Notes under the pieces: generated by a model | Database searches by the model: none | The model's input: only the letters and a program-made list of their open reading frames with translations | What the model was told of the DNA's origin: nothing | Source of the DNA: Oligoflexia bacterium | Lineage (GTDB): Bacteria; Bdellovibrionota; UBA1018; CAIMNF01 | Length of the DNA: 64,000 nucleotides | Direction: 5' to 3' | Assembly (NCBI GenBank): GCA_903831745.1 | Contig: CAIKYX010000260.1 | Coordinates: 16,433 to 80,432 of the forward strand | Position numbers and translations under genes: made by a program | Shown here: positions 29,424 through 44,400 of the stretch, piece by piece | Position numbering within the stretch: the first letter of the stretch is position 1 | How the letters are laid out: every line of letters starts with the position of its first letter

Positions 29424-32400
29424 GTGAAAGGGATTAGGTCGAGCATATTCGAATTGAAGAGAAAAGCGGTCCTTTGGGCAGCGCTATCCTTCTTTATTTC
29501 GATTTCGGCCCAAGCCGCACCGGGCAGTATCGCTATTTCTTCGGGTAACTCACAAAGTTCTGCTTACGGCACCGCCCTACCAGTTTCTCTCGTTGCCCTA
29601 GTAAAAGACACCAATGGGAAAGCGCTTTCGGGTGCCACCGTAAAATGGAGCGTCACTTCGGGCGCAGGAACATTATCCTCTACCAGCACGACCAGCAGCT
29701 CGACCGGACTGGCCACCGTAACTTTCACTCCTGCCTACGGCACGAACACGGTGCATGCACTCGTAAACGGTACTTCCTATGCGGTAGATTTCACTGAAAC
29801 CGGAAGCGCCGGACCTGCAACCCAAATAGCGATTGTCAGCGGCACCAATCAAACCGGAACCGTACTCGCTCTTTTACCTGCACCTCTGATCGTCATCGCG
29901 AAAGACGCTGCCGGACACCCGGCTCCTAATACTTCGATCAAATGGGTGGTAACCGTAGGCGGCGGACAAATGTCGACGAGCCTGAACAAATCGGACGTAC
30001 TCGGACAAGCTTCCATTACTTACACTTCGGGAACCGTTCCTGGATTGAACATGGTGAGCGCCACCATTCAAGGAACTTCGGTAACGACCACATTTACTGA
30101 AACCGCAGCGACCGGAACCAACCGACAAATCGTCATTCTTTCGGGTGATGCCCAAGCTCCGGGTGCGGCGGGAGCCATGCTTGCTAACCCACTGGTCGTA
30201 CGTGTTTTGGATTTGGCCGGAAACGTAGTATCGGGCGCAAAAGTAGATTGGGCTGTCGTCTCTGGAGGTGGAACCGTATCGGCTGCGCAAACCACGTCGG
30301 ACTCGCTGGGTAAAGCCCAGATCAATTTTACAACCGGTGGTGGTGGCGGAAGAAACGTAGTGTCTGCAACGATACATGGCGCTACTCCATACGTAAGTTT
30401 TACTGAAATTGCGAATGTGACCAACATCGATCATATTGCTTTTACCACTGATCTGACTGGCCTGACTTTCAATGCCGGGATCGCCTTTACGACCCAACCT
30501 GCAGTGACCCTTTATGATGCAAGTAACGTCATCGTTTCAGGCATCAACGCTGGCACGATGACCATGACCATCAGCTCGGGAAGCCTGACTGCTGGTGCAA
30601 CGTCGAACACAATCTCACATGGCGTGGCCAACTTTGCGACCCTGACCACTCAGACCGTCGGAACCGGCTTTACCGTTACTGCATCCTTTACTTACAACGG
30701 ACATACGTACACTGCAAACTCAGGTGCTTTCAATGTGAATCCAGGGGTATTCAACTCGTTAGTGTACACAACTCCACCGACCACTCCAGTTACGACCGAC
30801 GCTACCAACACCATCGTCGCCAAAGAATATGATGCGTACGGAAATCTTTTAACCACTGATTCTGCCTCGTCGATGACGTTGACTGCGTACACCACAACGA
30901 ACTGTACCACCACCACCGTGGGCAGTGCACTTTCGGTTCCGAGCGCGAGCACCAGTGGCGGTATCGGAACTTTTGCCAGCGAACAAATTTATAAAACAAC
31001 GGTTCATTCGATTCTCGCTTCATCGACCGTGGGTGGCATTACCAAAACCGCGTGCTCAGGCGCGATTACGGTGAACCCAGGCGCCCTGAATTCTCTGACG
31101 TACACCACTCCTCCTACAACACCAGTCACTACTGATCAAACCGATACGGTCGCAGTCACCGCTTATGATACGAATGGTAACGTTTTAAGCACGGACACTT
31201 CTGCGATTACGTTGACTGCTTACTCGACTACGAATTGCAGCACCAGCACTGTTTCGAGCGCCTTATCTGCAACGTCGGTGAACGCAAGTGCTGGAGTCAG
31301 CACCTTTACCAATCTTCAGACTTATAAAACAACTGTTCAATCGATCCTTGCCTCAAGCACGGTAGGCGGCGTTACTAAAACGGTTTGTTCGGGCGCAATT
31401 GTCGTCAATCCGGGCGCACTGAACTCTCTGGCGTATACCACACCTTTACCCAATCCAACGACAACGGATGCTACCAACACGATTGCGCTTACCGCCTACG
31501 ACGTGAACAATAACGCACTCTCTACCGATACTTCTGCAATTACACTGACTGCTTATTCAACTACGAATTGCGCGACGACTACGGTATCGAGCGCACTCTC
31601 TGCTACTTCAGTAAATGCAAGTGCCGGCGTCGGAACTTTTAGCAATCTGCAAGTATATAAGACGACAGTTCATTCGATCCTCGCATCGACCACAGTGGGC
31701 GGCGTGACCAAAACCGCGTGCGCAAGTTCATTAACCATCAATCCGGGCGCGCTAAACTCAATTACGTTTTCGACACCAATTACGACTCCCACCACTACCG
31801 ATGCAATGCATACAGCTGCTGTGACCGCATGGGATGCGAACAATAACGCCCTGAGTACCGATTCTTCGGCTATTACCCTCGCAGCGTACTCTACTACGGA
31901 TTGTACGAGCAGCACGGTTTCGAGTGCGCTTTCATCTACATCAGTGAATGCAAGTTCGGGAGTTTCGACGTTTACCAACCTTCAAATTTATAAGACTTCG
32001 GTGCAATCGGTTCTCGCTTCGACCACGGTCGGTGGCGTCACTAAAACAGTTTGCTCTGGCGCCATCGTTGTAAATGTCGGTGCTTTGAACTCAATCGCGT
32101 TTACCACGCCACCAACATCACCAGTAACTACGGACGCAACTCACACCGTGGCCGTAACCGCTTACGATGCCAATAATAACGTTTTAACGACTGATGCTTC
32201 GGCGATCACCCTGACGGGTTACTCAACTACCAACTGCGCCACCACTACCGTATCTAGCTCACTCTCAAGCACCTCGGTGAATGCAAGTTCGGGAGTATCT
32301 ACTTTTACCAATCTTCAAATCTACAAAACATCAGTGCAATCGATTCTTGCTTCGACCACCGTAGGTGGCGTGACCAAAACGGTTTGCGCAAGCTCACTCA

Positions 32401-35400
32401 CGGTCAATCCAGGAGCAGCTGCATCTCTTGCATTTACAACCGATCCAGGAACGGGCGCTCCGACTTACACTGCAGGTACGGTGATCGGAACTCAACCCGT
32501 GGTCAAAGTATATGATGCCAACAATAACTTAAAGACGGATTATTCTGGATCGATTTCTCTGACTGCAGATACCTCTGCGAGTTGCGGAGCCCCGGCCGAT
32601 ATTGCTTCTGGATTATCCGCTACCACCAATCCGATCGTACTGTCGGGTAGCAGCACCGCCACTTTTGCCGGCGTGACTATTCTAAAGACCAATGCAGTAA
32701 AATTGCGTGCAACCGACGGAACCCTGCAAGTTTGTTCGAGTGCATTTACTGTAAATCCTAGTGGACTAAACTCAATCGTCTTTACGACTCCTCCAACTTC
32801 ACCGACGACTACCGACTCTACAAACACGGTCGCAGTAACGGCATACGACGTAAACAACAACGTACTTTCTACTGATACCTCGGCCGTCACTCTGACCGCC
32901 TATTCAACTACCAACTGTTCTACTACCACAGTCGCGAGCTCACTCTCTGCTACTTCGGTGAATGCCAGTGCCGGTGTAGGCACATTTAGCAATCTTCAAA
33001 TTTACAAAACCTCAGTGCAATCGATTTTGGCTTCAACCACCGTAGGTGGCGTAACTAGAACTGTGTGCGCGGCTTCGCTCACCATCAATCCAGGAGCATT
33101 GAACTCACTGACCTATAGCACTCCACCGACTACCCCAACCACAACCGATGCTACCAACACCATCGCAGTCACTGCGTGGGACGTGAATAATAACGTCATT
33201 ACTACCGACACATCTGCAGTCACCCTGACCGCTTATTCTACCAATAACTGTACAACCAGCACCGTAGCCAGTGCGCTTTCAGCAACTTCAGTCAATGCAG
33301 CATTAGGCGTCGGTACTTTTGCGGCACTTCAAATTTATAAGACTTCGGTTCAATCCATCCTCGCCTCTTCAACGGTAGGCGGAGTCACCAAAACAGTATG
33401 CTCGGCGGCGCTGACCGTAAACGGTGGCGCCCTGAACTCGCTTGCATTTACGACTGCGCCGACGACTCCAGCCACCACAGATGCTACCAATACCGTAGTA
33501 GTCAAAGCTTATGACGTGAACAATAACGTTTTAAACACGGATACTTCAGCCATTACCCTCGCAGGCTATTCTTCGATCGACTGTACTTCGAGCACAGTTG
33601 CAAGCTCACTCTCTTCGACCTCGATCAACGCAGTGGCCGGCGTGAGCACGTTTACGAATCTTCAAATTTATAAGACTTCGGTCCAATCGATTCTTGCATC
33701 GTCGACCGTCGGCGGAGTGACCAAAACGGTTTGCGCAGGCTCGCTCTCGGTTACTCCGGGTGCCTTCAGCATCGCCAATTCGACGTTTGTTTCGACCTCT
33801 CAATCGGTAGTTTCGAGTGCGGGCGGTACAACCATCACCGCTTCGATTACTCCGCTCGATGCACATGGCAATGCAAGTCCAACCGGAACCCCTGCTTCGA
33901 TTACGTTTACTCAAGCGGCGAGCGCGAGCGGTGGCACGATCAATAATACTTTTCCAATTACTGCGACCCTTTCGGGCGGTCTTTACTCGGCGAATATTTC
34001 GGGTAACCACACCGGTACTGTTACCTTACAAGGAACCGTTAGCGCCGTAAACTCTACCAGCCAGGATGTGGTTACCATCACAGCCGGCGCAGCTTCTAAA
34101 CTCGCATTTACTACTTCGCCTGCAGGTGGATCAGTTGATACCGCTCTCGGAAACCTGACAGTGCAAGCACAAGACGTAAACGGAAACCCAGTAGCATCCA
34201 CCGCTACAGTTGCCATTACCTTAAACTCTTCTAGCTCATGCGCGGCACCGGGAATTCAATCGAGTCCGAATGGTACAGCAGGTCTCGTGGTTAGCGGCTC
34301 TGCCCCACCCGCAACTGCCCTTTCTGGCACTCCAGGATTAGTTACGTTCAGTACGGTTTCTGCAACTAAAGTGGGCTCACTCTATGTTTGCGCTACTGAT
34401 AATGCCGTTGTTCTGACTTCAGCCTACTTTCCGGTAACCATGACGGTCGGAGCGTTCAGCATTACCAAATCAACGTTCGTGGCGACTTCACAGTCTGTTG
34501 CAGCCAGCGCTGGAGGCACCACGATTACTACTTCAATGACACCGCTCGATCAATACGGAAATGCAAGTCCAACCGGTACTCCGGCCAGCATTACTTATAC
34601 CAAAGTTTCTGCTGCAAGTGGTGGCGCGGTGAACAATACCTTTCCGGTAACTGCAACTTTAGCGAGCGGATTATTCTCAGCAACTTTTTCGGGTAACACC
34701 ACAGGCACAGTTACCATTCAAGGAACATCAAGTGCAGTCAACAGCACTAGCCAGGATGTGATTACCATCACTTCGGGTGCACTCACTCACTTTACCGTTA
34801 CCGGTTCGGCCACGGCTTATACCGGGTCTGCACAAACTTATACGGTTACCGCACTCGACGTAAACAACAATGCCGTAACCAATTTTACAGATTCAACTGC
34901 AATCACTACACCGGGTGATGCGACAGCGACCAAAACACCTGCTTCGATTACCAGTTGGACAAACGGTGTCGGTACCGTGTCAGTAAATTTTGATAACGTC
35001 GGCACTTGGCCGGTGACTGCGACCGATGGAGCAGTGACTGCCAACATCAGCGTCGTGGTTACCGCACCTCCAATTTATATCGGTCTGACTGATGCAAACG
35101 GCAACGCAAGAACCGGTTATTCGATTCTCGCTCAAGCCTGCTCGGCGGGACAAGTTGCGGCTCCTACTCTTGGATGCGTCAGCACGAGCTCGATGGTTCC
35201 GGTGGGTTCGCCGATTTATATCTCGAGATATGCAACGGTAAATGGTGTTCCGGGAACTGCTTACACGACAGGATCAAACACGGTCACAGTAACACTTACT
35301 CCAGTGACCGCACTCGCACCGACACAATTCTCTCCAAGCGCTTCTAACGCAATTCCACCGGTAGTCGCCGCAGGGAGCGGAAGTCCTACCACCACGGGAT

Positions 35401-38400
35401 ACACTGCTTCGGGTGGCGTATATACGACTACCCTGACGATTCCGAGCGGCGTTTCTGGAGTGTATCTTGATACCGCTTCATTCGGTGTGGCTGTCAATGC
35501 GACGGTAACCGGAGACACTTACTTTACGGTTGCACTCTCTAGCCCGAGTGGCGGCGCAGTTCTGGGCGGAAGCAGTCTGGCCCAAGTCAGCCTGATCGAC
35601 AAGAACTACACGATCGCAGCCGGTTACGGCGGCGGTGGTGACATTACTTTCTCGGATTCACTTTATAAAAGCAGCCTGAACACAGTGACTTTGACTATGC
35701 ATCGGTCATTCAATACTACAGTTGATGAAACTGTGGATGTAGAATTGTTCGATGGTACCGGAAAATGTAATACCGACTACTCTCCGTTTACCGGTAGCAA
35801 TTGTGCGACCAATGCACAAAACGGTGCGATTGCATTGGTTAAGACCGTCACATTTTGCGGAACCGTCACTACCGCTTGTGGCGGCGGAGCCACTCCGAAT
35901 CAGGAAATTACGTTTACTGTTCCGGTAACTCCAAGCAGTACCGGTGTAAACACATCTTTCTTCGCGCAAATTGTACCTCATGCATTTACCGGAAACACCA
36001 CTGCAGGCAGCACTACCGTGGCGAGTGTATCGAGCACAACAGGCTTAGCGGTCGGAAATATCATTACCGGCGTTGGAATTATTTCAGGAACTACCATCTC
36101 AGCGATCAGCGGATCGAATATTACCCTGAGCACTGCTGCAAACACTACTGCAAGCTCGGTGAAACTGATGACGGGTTACGGTCGCTCACAAAGTATTGCA
36201 AAAATTCTGGTCATGAGCACAGGCGAACCTACTTTCTGTGACTCGACTGCCGTTGCAACTGTTACCGGAACCGGCACAGTCGGCAGCAACGTCATTACCG
36301 GCGTTTCGAGCACGGCTGGTTTGGCTTTGGGCCAGCTGATTGCATCCACTAGTACGGTGACTAGGATTGCGGCGAATTCATATATTACCGCGTTTACTGC
36401 AAACAGCATCACCATCAATAACAACATTACTGGCACCACCGGTTCATTTACGATTACGACTCACCCATTCGGAGGTTTCTTACTCGGAACTTCGTACGCG
36501 AACGTGGTTTCAAACGCTGCAACAGCAGGCTCGGCCAGCAATCCTTACTTAGTATGCAACAATACCCAGTTTGCAAACATGGCTAGCACCACCCTTTGCG
36601 GTAACGGCTCAACTAGCTGTAGCGTACAGACCAATAACTTTCAACTCGTAAACGACCTTACCGCAACTGCTCCGATTACTGCCAACATGAATGCGAACTT
36701 TAACGGTAACGAGCATATTGTTTATAATTACTCGTCACCCGTTAATGGAAACGCAATCTTTAACAGCATCAATCCTACGACCGCTGCATCAACGATTCAG
36801 AAGTTCAACCTTCTTTACGGATCTTCGATTACAGCTACAGCGGGCGGCGCACTGTTGATCGGTTCGAATGGTGCAACCGGCAGCGGATATGGAGCAAAAC
36901 TCATTGATTTGTTTGCTTCTGGTTACGTCTACAGCAACACCGGTTCCGCCTACCAGACTTCGATTCTCGAGCAATACAAGAACGTCAGTGCCAATGCACA
37001 AGACATCAGTACCCAATACGGAATGGCTGCGGGATTACTGAACGACAATCAAAACGTCGGAGGCGCAGGCCCTATTCTCGGACAAACGGGGTGGATTGCG
37101 ACTTCGAGCCTATCAGCCACCGTCGATGTTAAAAACTCGTTTAGTACGGCAAACGTATTAATGAATCTGGGAGGAAATGCCGGTGGAGTTATTGGCGCAC
37201 CAGGCGATTATGGTGCAGTTACCAATGTGGGTGGCGGACACTACGATTATCTCACTTCTACTGGCTACATCAAGACTGTCGGCCTCGGTGGCGGAATTAT
37301 CGGTATCATCGCCCAGGACAAGACGAGCGTTACCCCAGTCACTATTACAGCAAGCCACAACAGCTTTTACGGATCACTGACAATGGGATCAGGGACCAAT
37401 GCCCTGGGTGGAATCGTAGGAAATATCTATTGTGGAAACGGCAGCGGAACCGGCTATTGTAATTACACTACCTTTACTCTTGATCAAAATATCAACTACG
37501 GAACCCTGAGTTCAGGAACCGCAGCCCGTATGGGTGGAGTCTTAGGCTATTATAGCCTGAACACCAATAGTGCATCGCCCACCAATATTGCACTGAATAT
37601 CACCAATAACATTTCTTACGGAACAGTTACTGCTACCACGAATACTTCTGCGATGAGTGGGGGTCTGATTGGAATTATTGCTTTTACCGATAGCACAAAC
37701 AGTGTCAATAATTCGATGACCATCAGCGGAAATACAGCTGTTGGAAACGTAAACTACAATTCAAATACTACAGGTGCGAACTATTGGGGCGGTTTCGTCG
37801 GGATCGTTCAGGCGAATTATCTGACTTCTTCTTCCATCACCAACAACCATGCAACCGGCAACGTAGCTTGTGGTGGAGTTGCCATATGTGGTGGTTTTGC
37901 CGGAAGCATTCAATCACCGGGCTCAATTGCAAACTACATTCCAGTCAGTAATTCGAGCGCGACCGGAAATGTTACCGGCGTGACTGCCAATACTGCTGGC
38001 TTCGTAGGTTATCCTTCATACGAAAACTTTACCAACTGTTATGCGACCGGAAGCGTAACCACCGGAGGAAACTACGCAGGTGGTTTCGCAGGCGAAGCTG
38101 CCACTGTGACCTTTACCAATTGTTACGCAACCGGAAACATTTCTACTACTGCGAACGTAAGTTACATCGGCGGCTTTGCAGGTTATCCAGTACCGGCCAC
38201 TTTTGTTAAATGTTATGCCACCGGAAACATCACCGACTCAGGACACGTCAGTACGATCGCAGGTGGCTTTATCGGATACGGAGCAAGCACGATTACGGCA
38301 TCTCAATGTTGGTCGACCGGTAGCGTTTCGATTAACGGTGATTATGCAGCGGGCTTTATCGGTCAAGTTGCGGCAAACAGTACAGTGAGCCAATGTTATT

Positions 38401-41400
38401 CGGCAGGTGCAACGGCTACCGCTAGCGCTCACGCAGCTGGTTTTACTACCATTATTTCTGCAGCCACCTTGACTGCGAATCAGAGCTATACGATCACTTC
38501 ACCTTCGGCCACAAACAAATATGGCTTTGCTTACTTGTCTGCAGGTGGCGCAGTCACTTCGTCCAACAGCTATTGGCTTGCCAACAATGGCGTAACCGAC
38601 ACACTCCCCGGAATTCCATACACCCAACTCACCCACGCCGTCGGCGCTACTTATAGTGGAACTTACTCAAGCGCTGCGGCCACCATTACCGGATTATCCA
38701 GCACCACAGGACTTGCTCCGGGCCAATTGATTTCCGGCACCAATATTCCTGCCAACACGACCATTACGTCCGTTGGCTCTAACTGGGTTGCTTTGAGTGC
38801 AACTCCTACCGGTTCCGGCACAAGCTTCTCAAACGACATTTACAACTACGCAGGCTGGGATACCGACTTTACCACCTCGAACTACTGGTACGAACTCGGA
38901 AGCTGCGCAAGCTCACAACTTTCACCTACCGGTGGGTGTCCAACTGCAAGTTACCCATTCCCTACTTTGATTTATCCTTCGAGTGCCACCAGCGCTCGTA
39001 TTTACATCAGCTCGGCTCCGACCATTACCACTGGCAACATGAACAGCTATACGGTTTCAGGTACTTGTAACGTAAACGGCAATACCGTTACAGTATATGT
39101 CGATGGCTCTAGCGTGGGCACTGCAGTCTGCGCAACGGGTTCAAGTCCACAATTCTCGATCACGTTTAATGCAAGCACCCTGACCGACGGCACCCACACT
39201 ATTATGGCTTCAATGCCAGATGGCTCTTCCAACATCATGACGAACTCGGTTGCGGTAATCGACAACACGGTCATTCCACCGGCTCCAACCGCCATTGCGT
39301 TGAACACCCCTGCTTCTTCGCCAGGATCGAATGCTTCGCCGGTACTGACTGTTACCCTTTCTGCATTTACAGCGGGCAACACCGTCTCTCTCTATACCAA
39401 TAGTTCTTGTGCTGCTCCATCCTACAAAGGAACTGCAACTGCTTCGGGCACCAGCGTAAACGTAACCGTAAGCCCGGCACTTGCCGCAATCGGCCCGCAA
39501 ACGTATTACGCACAAACCGCCAATGCCTATGGCAACATTTCGGCCTGCTCGAGCGCCCATGTTACCTATGATTACGAAACTCCGATCATGCAATTTACAG
39601 ACGTAAACGGCAATATTCGCACTGGTTTTTCAGTGATCGCATCAATATGTTCAACCAGCCCTACGGGTTGCGCAAGCAACGTTGATTACGGTGTACCTGT
39701 CGGGTCGCCTATTTATATTTCACTCTTAAACGCTGGTGCACTTTACAACAGCTCCGGTGCAACTTCTGTAACAGTCACTTACACCGGAATCAGTGCAGTA
39801 ACCGGAACCCAACTCACAAACGGTAGCTACACAGCCACCATTCCAAACGGTGCTTCGAGTGTAGTGGTCGATTCGCATAACTTTGTCATCGGCCATAGCG
39901 CCACAGTTACTGCTGACACTTATTTTGTAATCACACTGAGTGCGCCAAACAATGGCGCTGTACTCGCAACTGCCCCACAGGCTCAGGTAAACATTGTCGA
40001 TCCGAACTATGTTACCCCGACCTATGGCGGTGGCGGCGACGTCATGTTCTCGCATTCGTTCTACTCGACCACCGCTGGGGGATCGACCGCAACACTTTAT
40101 TTGCAGCGACCTTTCAATCAAAGCACGACAGAACCGGTTGATGTAAAATTCTTCGATGGAACAGGCGCTGCTGGAACCGATTATACTGGCACTACCCAGA
40201 CCGTCACCTTTACTTCAGGAACCACCAAACAAGAAATCGCAGTTACTGTTCCGGTCACTACCGGCACTAATGGCGTAAACAAATCATTCTTCGCGCAAAT
40301 TGTTCCTCATGCATTTACCGGAACGATTACTGCCGGCAGCACCTCAGTCACCAGCGTTTCGAGCACCACAGGACTTGCTGTCGGACAAACGATCACCGGA
40401 GTGGGCATCATCAACGGCACTACGATTTCAGCCATCAGCGGAAGCACCCTGACCTTAAGCGCCGCTGCAAACTACAGTGTCACCAGCCAAAACTTAACAG
40501 TCGGCTCGGCCCGATCGCAGAGTATCGCAAAAATCAGGATTTTAAGTTCAGGCGAAGCCTGCGACTCTGCTGCACCCGGCACCATCACAGCAAACACGAC
40601 CGTGGGAAGCAACATCATTACCGTTTCTAGCGCTTCTGGTTTGGCAATTGGGCAAATTCTCGCAGGTGCAAACATCGCAGGAAATACAGTTATTACTGCC
40701 ATTAGTGGAACCACTTTGACCCTGAACAACGCCGCAACAGGAACAGGAACCGGAGTGACACTGAATACCCATGTGTTTGGTGGCTTCTTTACCGGAAGCG
40801 CAACCAATGGTGGCTCATCAAGCAATCCTTACCTGGTGTGCAATACCGGACAGTGGACGAACATGGGTTCCAGCACGTCTTATTGTAATGGCTCAACCTG
40901 TAATACAGCTGGTAACAATTTCATGCTGGCTGCGGACTTTACTCCATCTGCTGTTCCGGCCGCAATTTCTACGATGTCTGCAAACCTCGACGGAAATGAA
41001 CATATCATTTACGACTACGCGAGCGTCGCTAGCGTTCCGCTTTTTGCCACCGTCAATCCATCAGGAGGCGGCACTACCCTTCAAAAAATCAACATGCTTT
41101 ACGCTTCAGTCACCGGCACTCTTGCCAATTCTGCAGCCTTCATCGGAGTAAACGGTGGAGCATCGAACTATCAAGCCATCCTCACCGATGACTTTGTTTC
41201 TGGATACGTAAAAACGACTACCGGAAACGCAGATGCACTCCTCGTCGCACAGATGCTCGGCACCACCAATCAAACGAGTGCGACCATTCAATATGGCATG
41301 GTCTCGGGTCTCGTCAGCGCTACCACTGCCTTGTACGTCGGTGGACTCGTCGGTGAGTACAAATGGGGTAACAGCGCAAACGGTGCATTGTCGACACTCG

Positions 41401-44400
41401 ACCTTAGAAATTCATTTACGACTGCAAACGTCATTACTACGGGTGGTGAAGTCGGCGGCGCAGTCGGCTACATTCTAGATTCTCTAGCCAGCTCATACTT
41501 CATGGGTAATCAAACCCTCACCGCAATTCAATCGACGGGTTATGTGTCGGGCTATACATACGTCGGTGGCATTTTGGGTGCCTTTTCTACCGAAAAAGCG
41601 ACCACTGTTCCTTACACCTTTACTCTTTCCTACAGTAACTTCTCGGGTTCTGCATTGATTCCATCAACAGGAACACACTACGTCGGAGGAATCGTTGGCG
41701 GCATTTACTGCGGTGGTGCCGGATTCGGTGCGGGTCTTTGCGAATACATGACCGTGACCGTAGACCACGATGTGAATAGCGGTACGGTAACCGACAGTGC
41801 ATCAGGTGGACTGGGCGCAGCTGGTATCGTTTCATCCATTTCACATGCTTCTACCGCTGGAGAAACTTCATACTTTGTCAACGTCACTAACTCTACCAAC
41901 ATGGGTAATGTCGCCGCAACTACAGGAACTACAGGATACATGGGCGGAGTACTGGGTTACGTTTACTTCGGAATGGGCAGCGGTGCGATTCCTGATGGTG
42001 CAAGTTTTACGGGCAATATCAATTCGGGTAACGTCACCGCGGGAGTTGCGGGAAGCGGCGGAGTGGGCGGAGTAATTGGTTATATTCAAACTCGAACTCC
42101 GACCGTCTATACTGTTACCGGAAACTACTCTACCGGTAACATCAACTGCGGAACTGCGCCGTATTGCGCTGGTTTCGTCGGGCAACTCTATCCATTTAGC
42201 GGTACTGCTTCGTATTCGAATGACTTCGAAACCGGAAACGTGACGGCAGGCGGAAACTATTCTGGAGGCTTCGTCGGTTGGAACGCCGGAAACGCTGCAA
42301 ACTCGATTGCCATCTCTAACAGTTACGCCACCGGTAATGTTACTGGTACTGCAAACGCCAGTTACCTAGGTGGATTCGTAGGCTACAATCAGGACGCCAA
42401 CGAGACCAACTGTTTTGCATCAGGCAACGTTACGGATACCCACGCCACGACCTCAGTCGGCGGATTTGCAGGTATTACTACGGTTTCTACCATGAGCCAA
42501 TGTTGGTCGACAGGTAACGTATCGACTACCGGAACGTATGCAGGTGGATTTGTCGGCTACGTGAGCCCTACTTCTACATTTAATCAATGTTATTCTGCAG
42601 GAAATACCGCCTCAGCTGCGACGGATGCTGCAGGTTTTGCAGGTTTTGTAGGCAGCACGTCCACCTACAATCAGTGCTATACGATTACCCTTCCGACAAC
42701 TGCGACTACCAAAAGTGGTTTTATGGTCTATAGTGCGGGTACCATTACGGCCAACCAAAACTACTGGCTTGCGCAATCGGGTTTGACCGATACTTACGCT
42801 CAAAGCGTTACTGCTCAACAGCTCAGCTACGGCGTTGGCACTTCTTACAGTGGAACCGTAACCAGCGGTAGCCCAAATATCACTGGAGTGAGCAGCACTG
42901 CAGGACTTGCGGTTGGTCAAGGAATTAACGGAACCGGAATTCCAGCCACTGCTACGATCTCGGCAATTTACGGATCAACTGTCGTCATGAGCGCAAACGC
43001 TACCGGCAGTGGCGTCAGCTTCTCGAACAATATTTATTCTGCATATGCCGGATGGGATAGCGCTTTTGAAACCACCAACTATTGGTACGAAATCGGAAAC
43101 TGCGGCACTTCACAACTTTCGCCTGCAGGCGGCTGTCCTACCGTCACTTATCCTTATCCCACTTTGATTTATCCTAGCTCTGCAACCAGTGCGCGGGTCT
43201 ACGTCACCGTACCTGCTGCATCTGGTACCATCAATGGTGCCGCAAACACCCATACCTTTACCGTCTCAGGCTTATGTAATATCAATGGCCAGCAAGTTTC
43301 GGTCTTTGTCGATGGAAGTGCTGCTTTAAGCCCAGTAGGCGGAGTTTGTAACGGCACCACTTTTAGCATGACGATCGATCTTTTGGGCATGGGATTAAGT
43401 GACGGAAGCCACACCTTCTCTGCCACCATGAACGATGGATCTTCTCGTACGATCGCTTCGGTTCCAGTAACTGAAACTTTGGCTGCAGTCACTCCAGCTA
43501 CCCCGACCGCAGTGACACTGACTACTCCAGTGAGTTCTCCAGGCTCGAGCGCTACTCCAACCTTTACCGTTACCCTTCCTGTTTTTAATGCGGGCGATTC
43601 GGTTGCGATTTACGCAAACAACACTTGCGGTATGCCAGCGTTTAAAGGAAGCCTCACCGCTACCGGAACCAGTGTTCCAGTGGTTGTCACGACCACACTT
43701 AGTGCGACCGGCCCTCAACGGTATTATGCTCAGACAACGAGCGCTCGCGGCACGGTTTCGGCTTGCTCGAGCGTTTACGCCACCTACGATTACGAAGTTC
43801 CGACTCTGCAATTCACAGATGTTCTGGGTAACGTTAGAAATGACTTCTCGGTCATTGCATCTCAGTGTTCGCTGAGCCCTACTGGTTGCGCAAGTAACGT
43901 AGACTACGGTGTTCCTGTTGGTTCTCCGATCTATGTCTCACTCTTAAACAACGGAAGCCTTTACAATAGCTCGGGCGCAACTACTGTGACCGTCAGTTAT
44001 ACCGGTATCAGTGCCGTTACCGGTACCCAACTTACTAATGGAAGCTACACAGCCTCTATTCCTAACGGATCATCGAGCGTGGTTGTTGATTCGCATAACT
44101 TTGTCATTGGTCATAGTGCGACCGTAACTGCGGATACCTATTTTGTAGTGACGTTAAGCGTGCCTGGTAACGGCGCAGTATTGCCACCGGTACCACAAGC
44201 ACAAGTGAACATTGTCGATCCGAACTATGTAACTCCGACTTATGGCGGCGGCGGACACGTCATGTTCTCGCATTCATTCTACTCGACTACACCAGGCGCA
44301 TCGACCGCGACACTTTATTTACAACGTCCATTTAACCAATCAAACACTGAACCGGTTGATGTTATTTTCTTCGATGGAACCGGAACTGCAGGAACCGATT

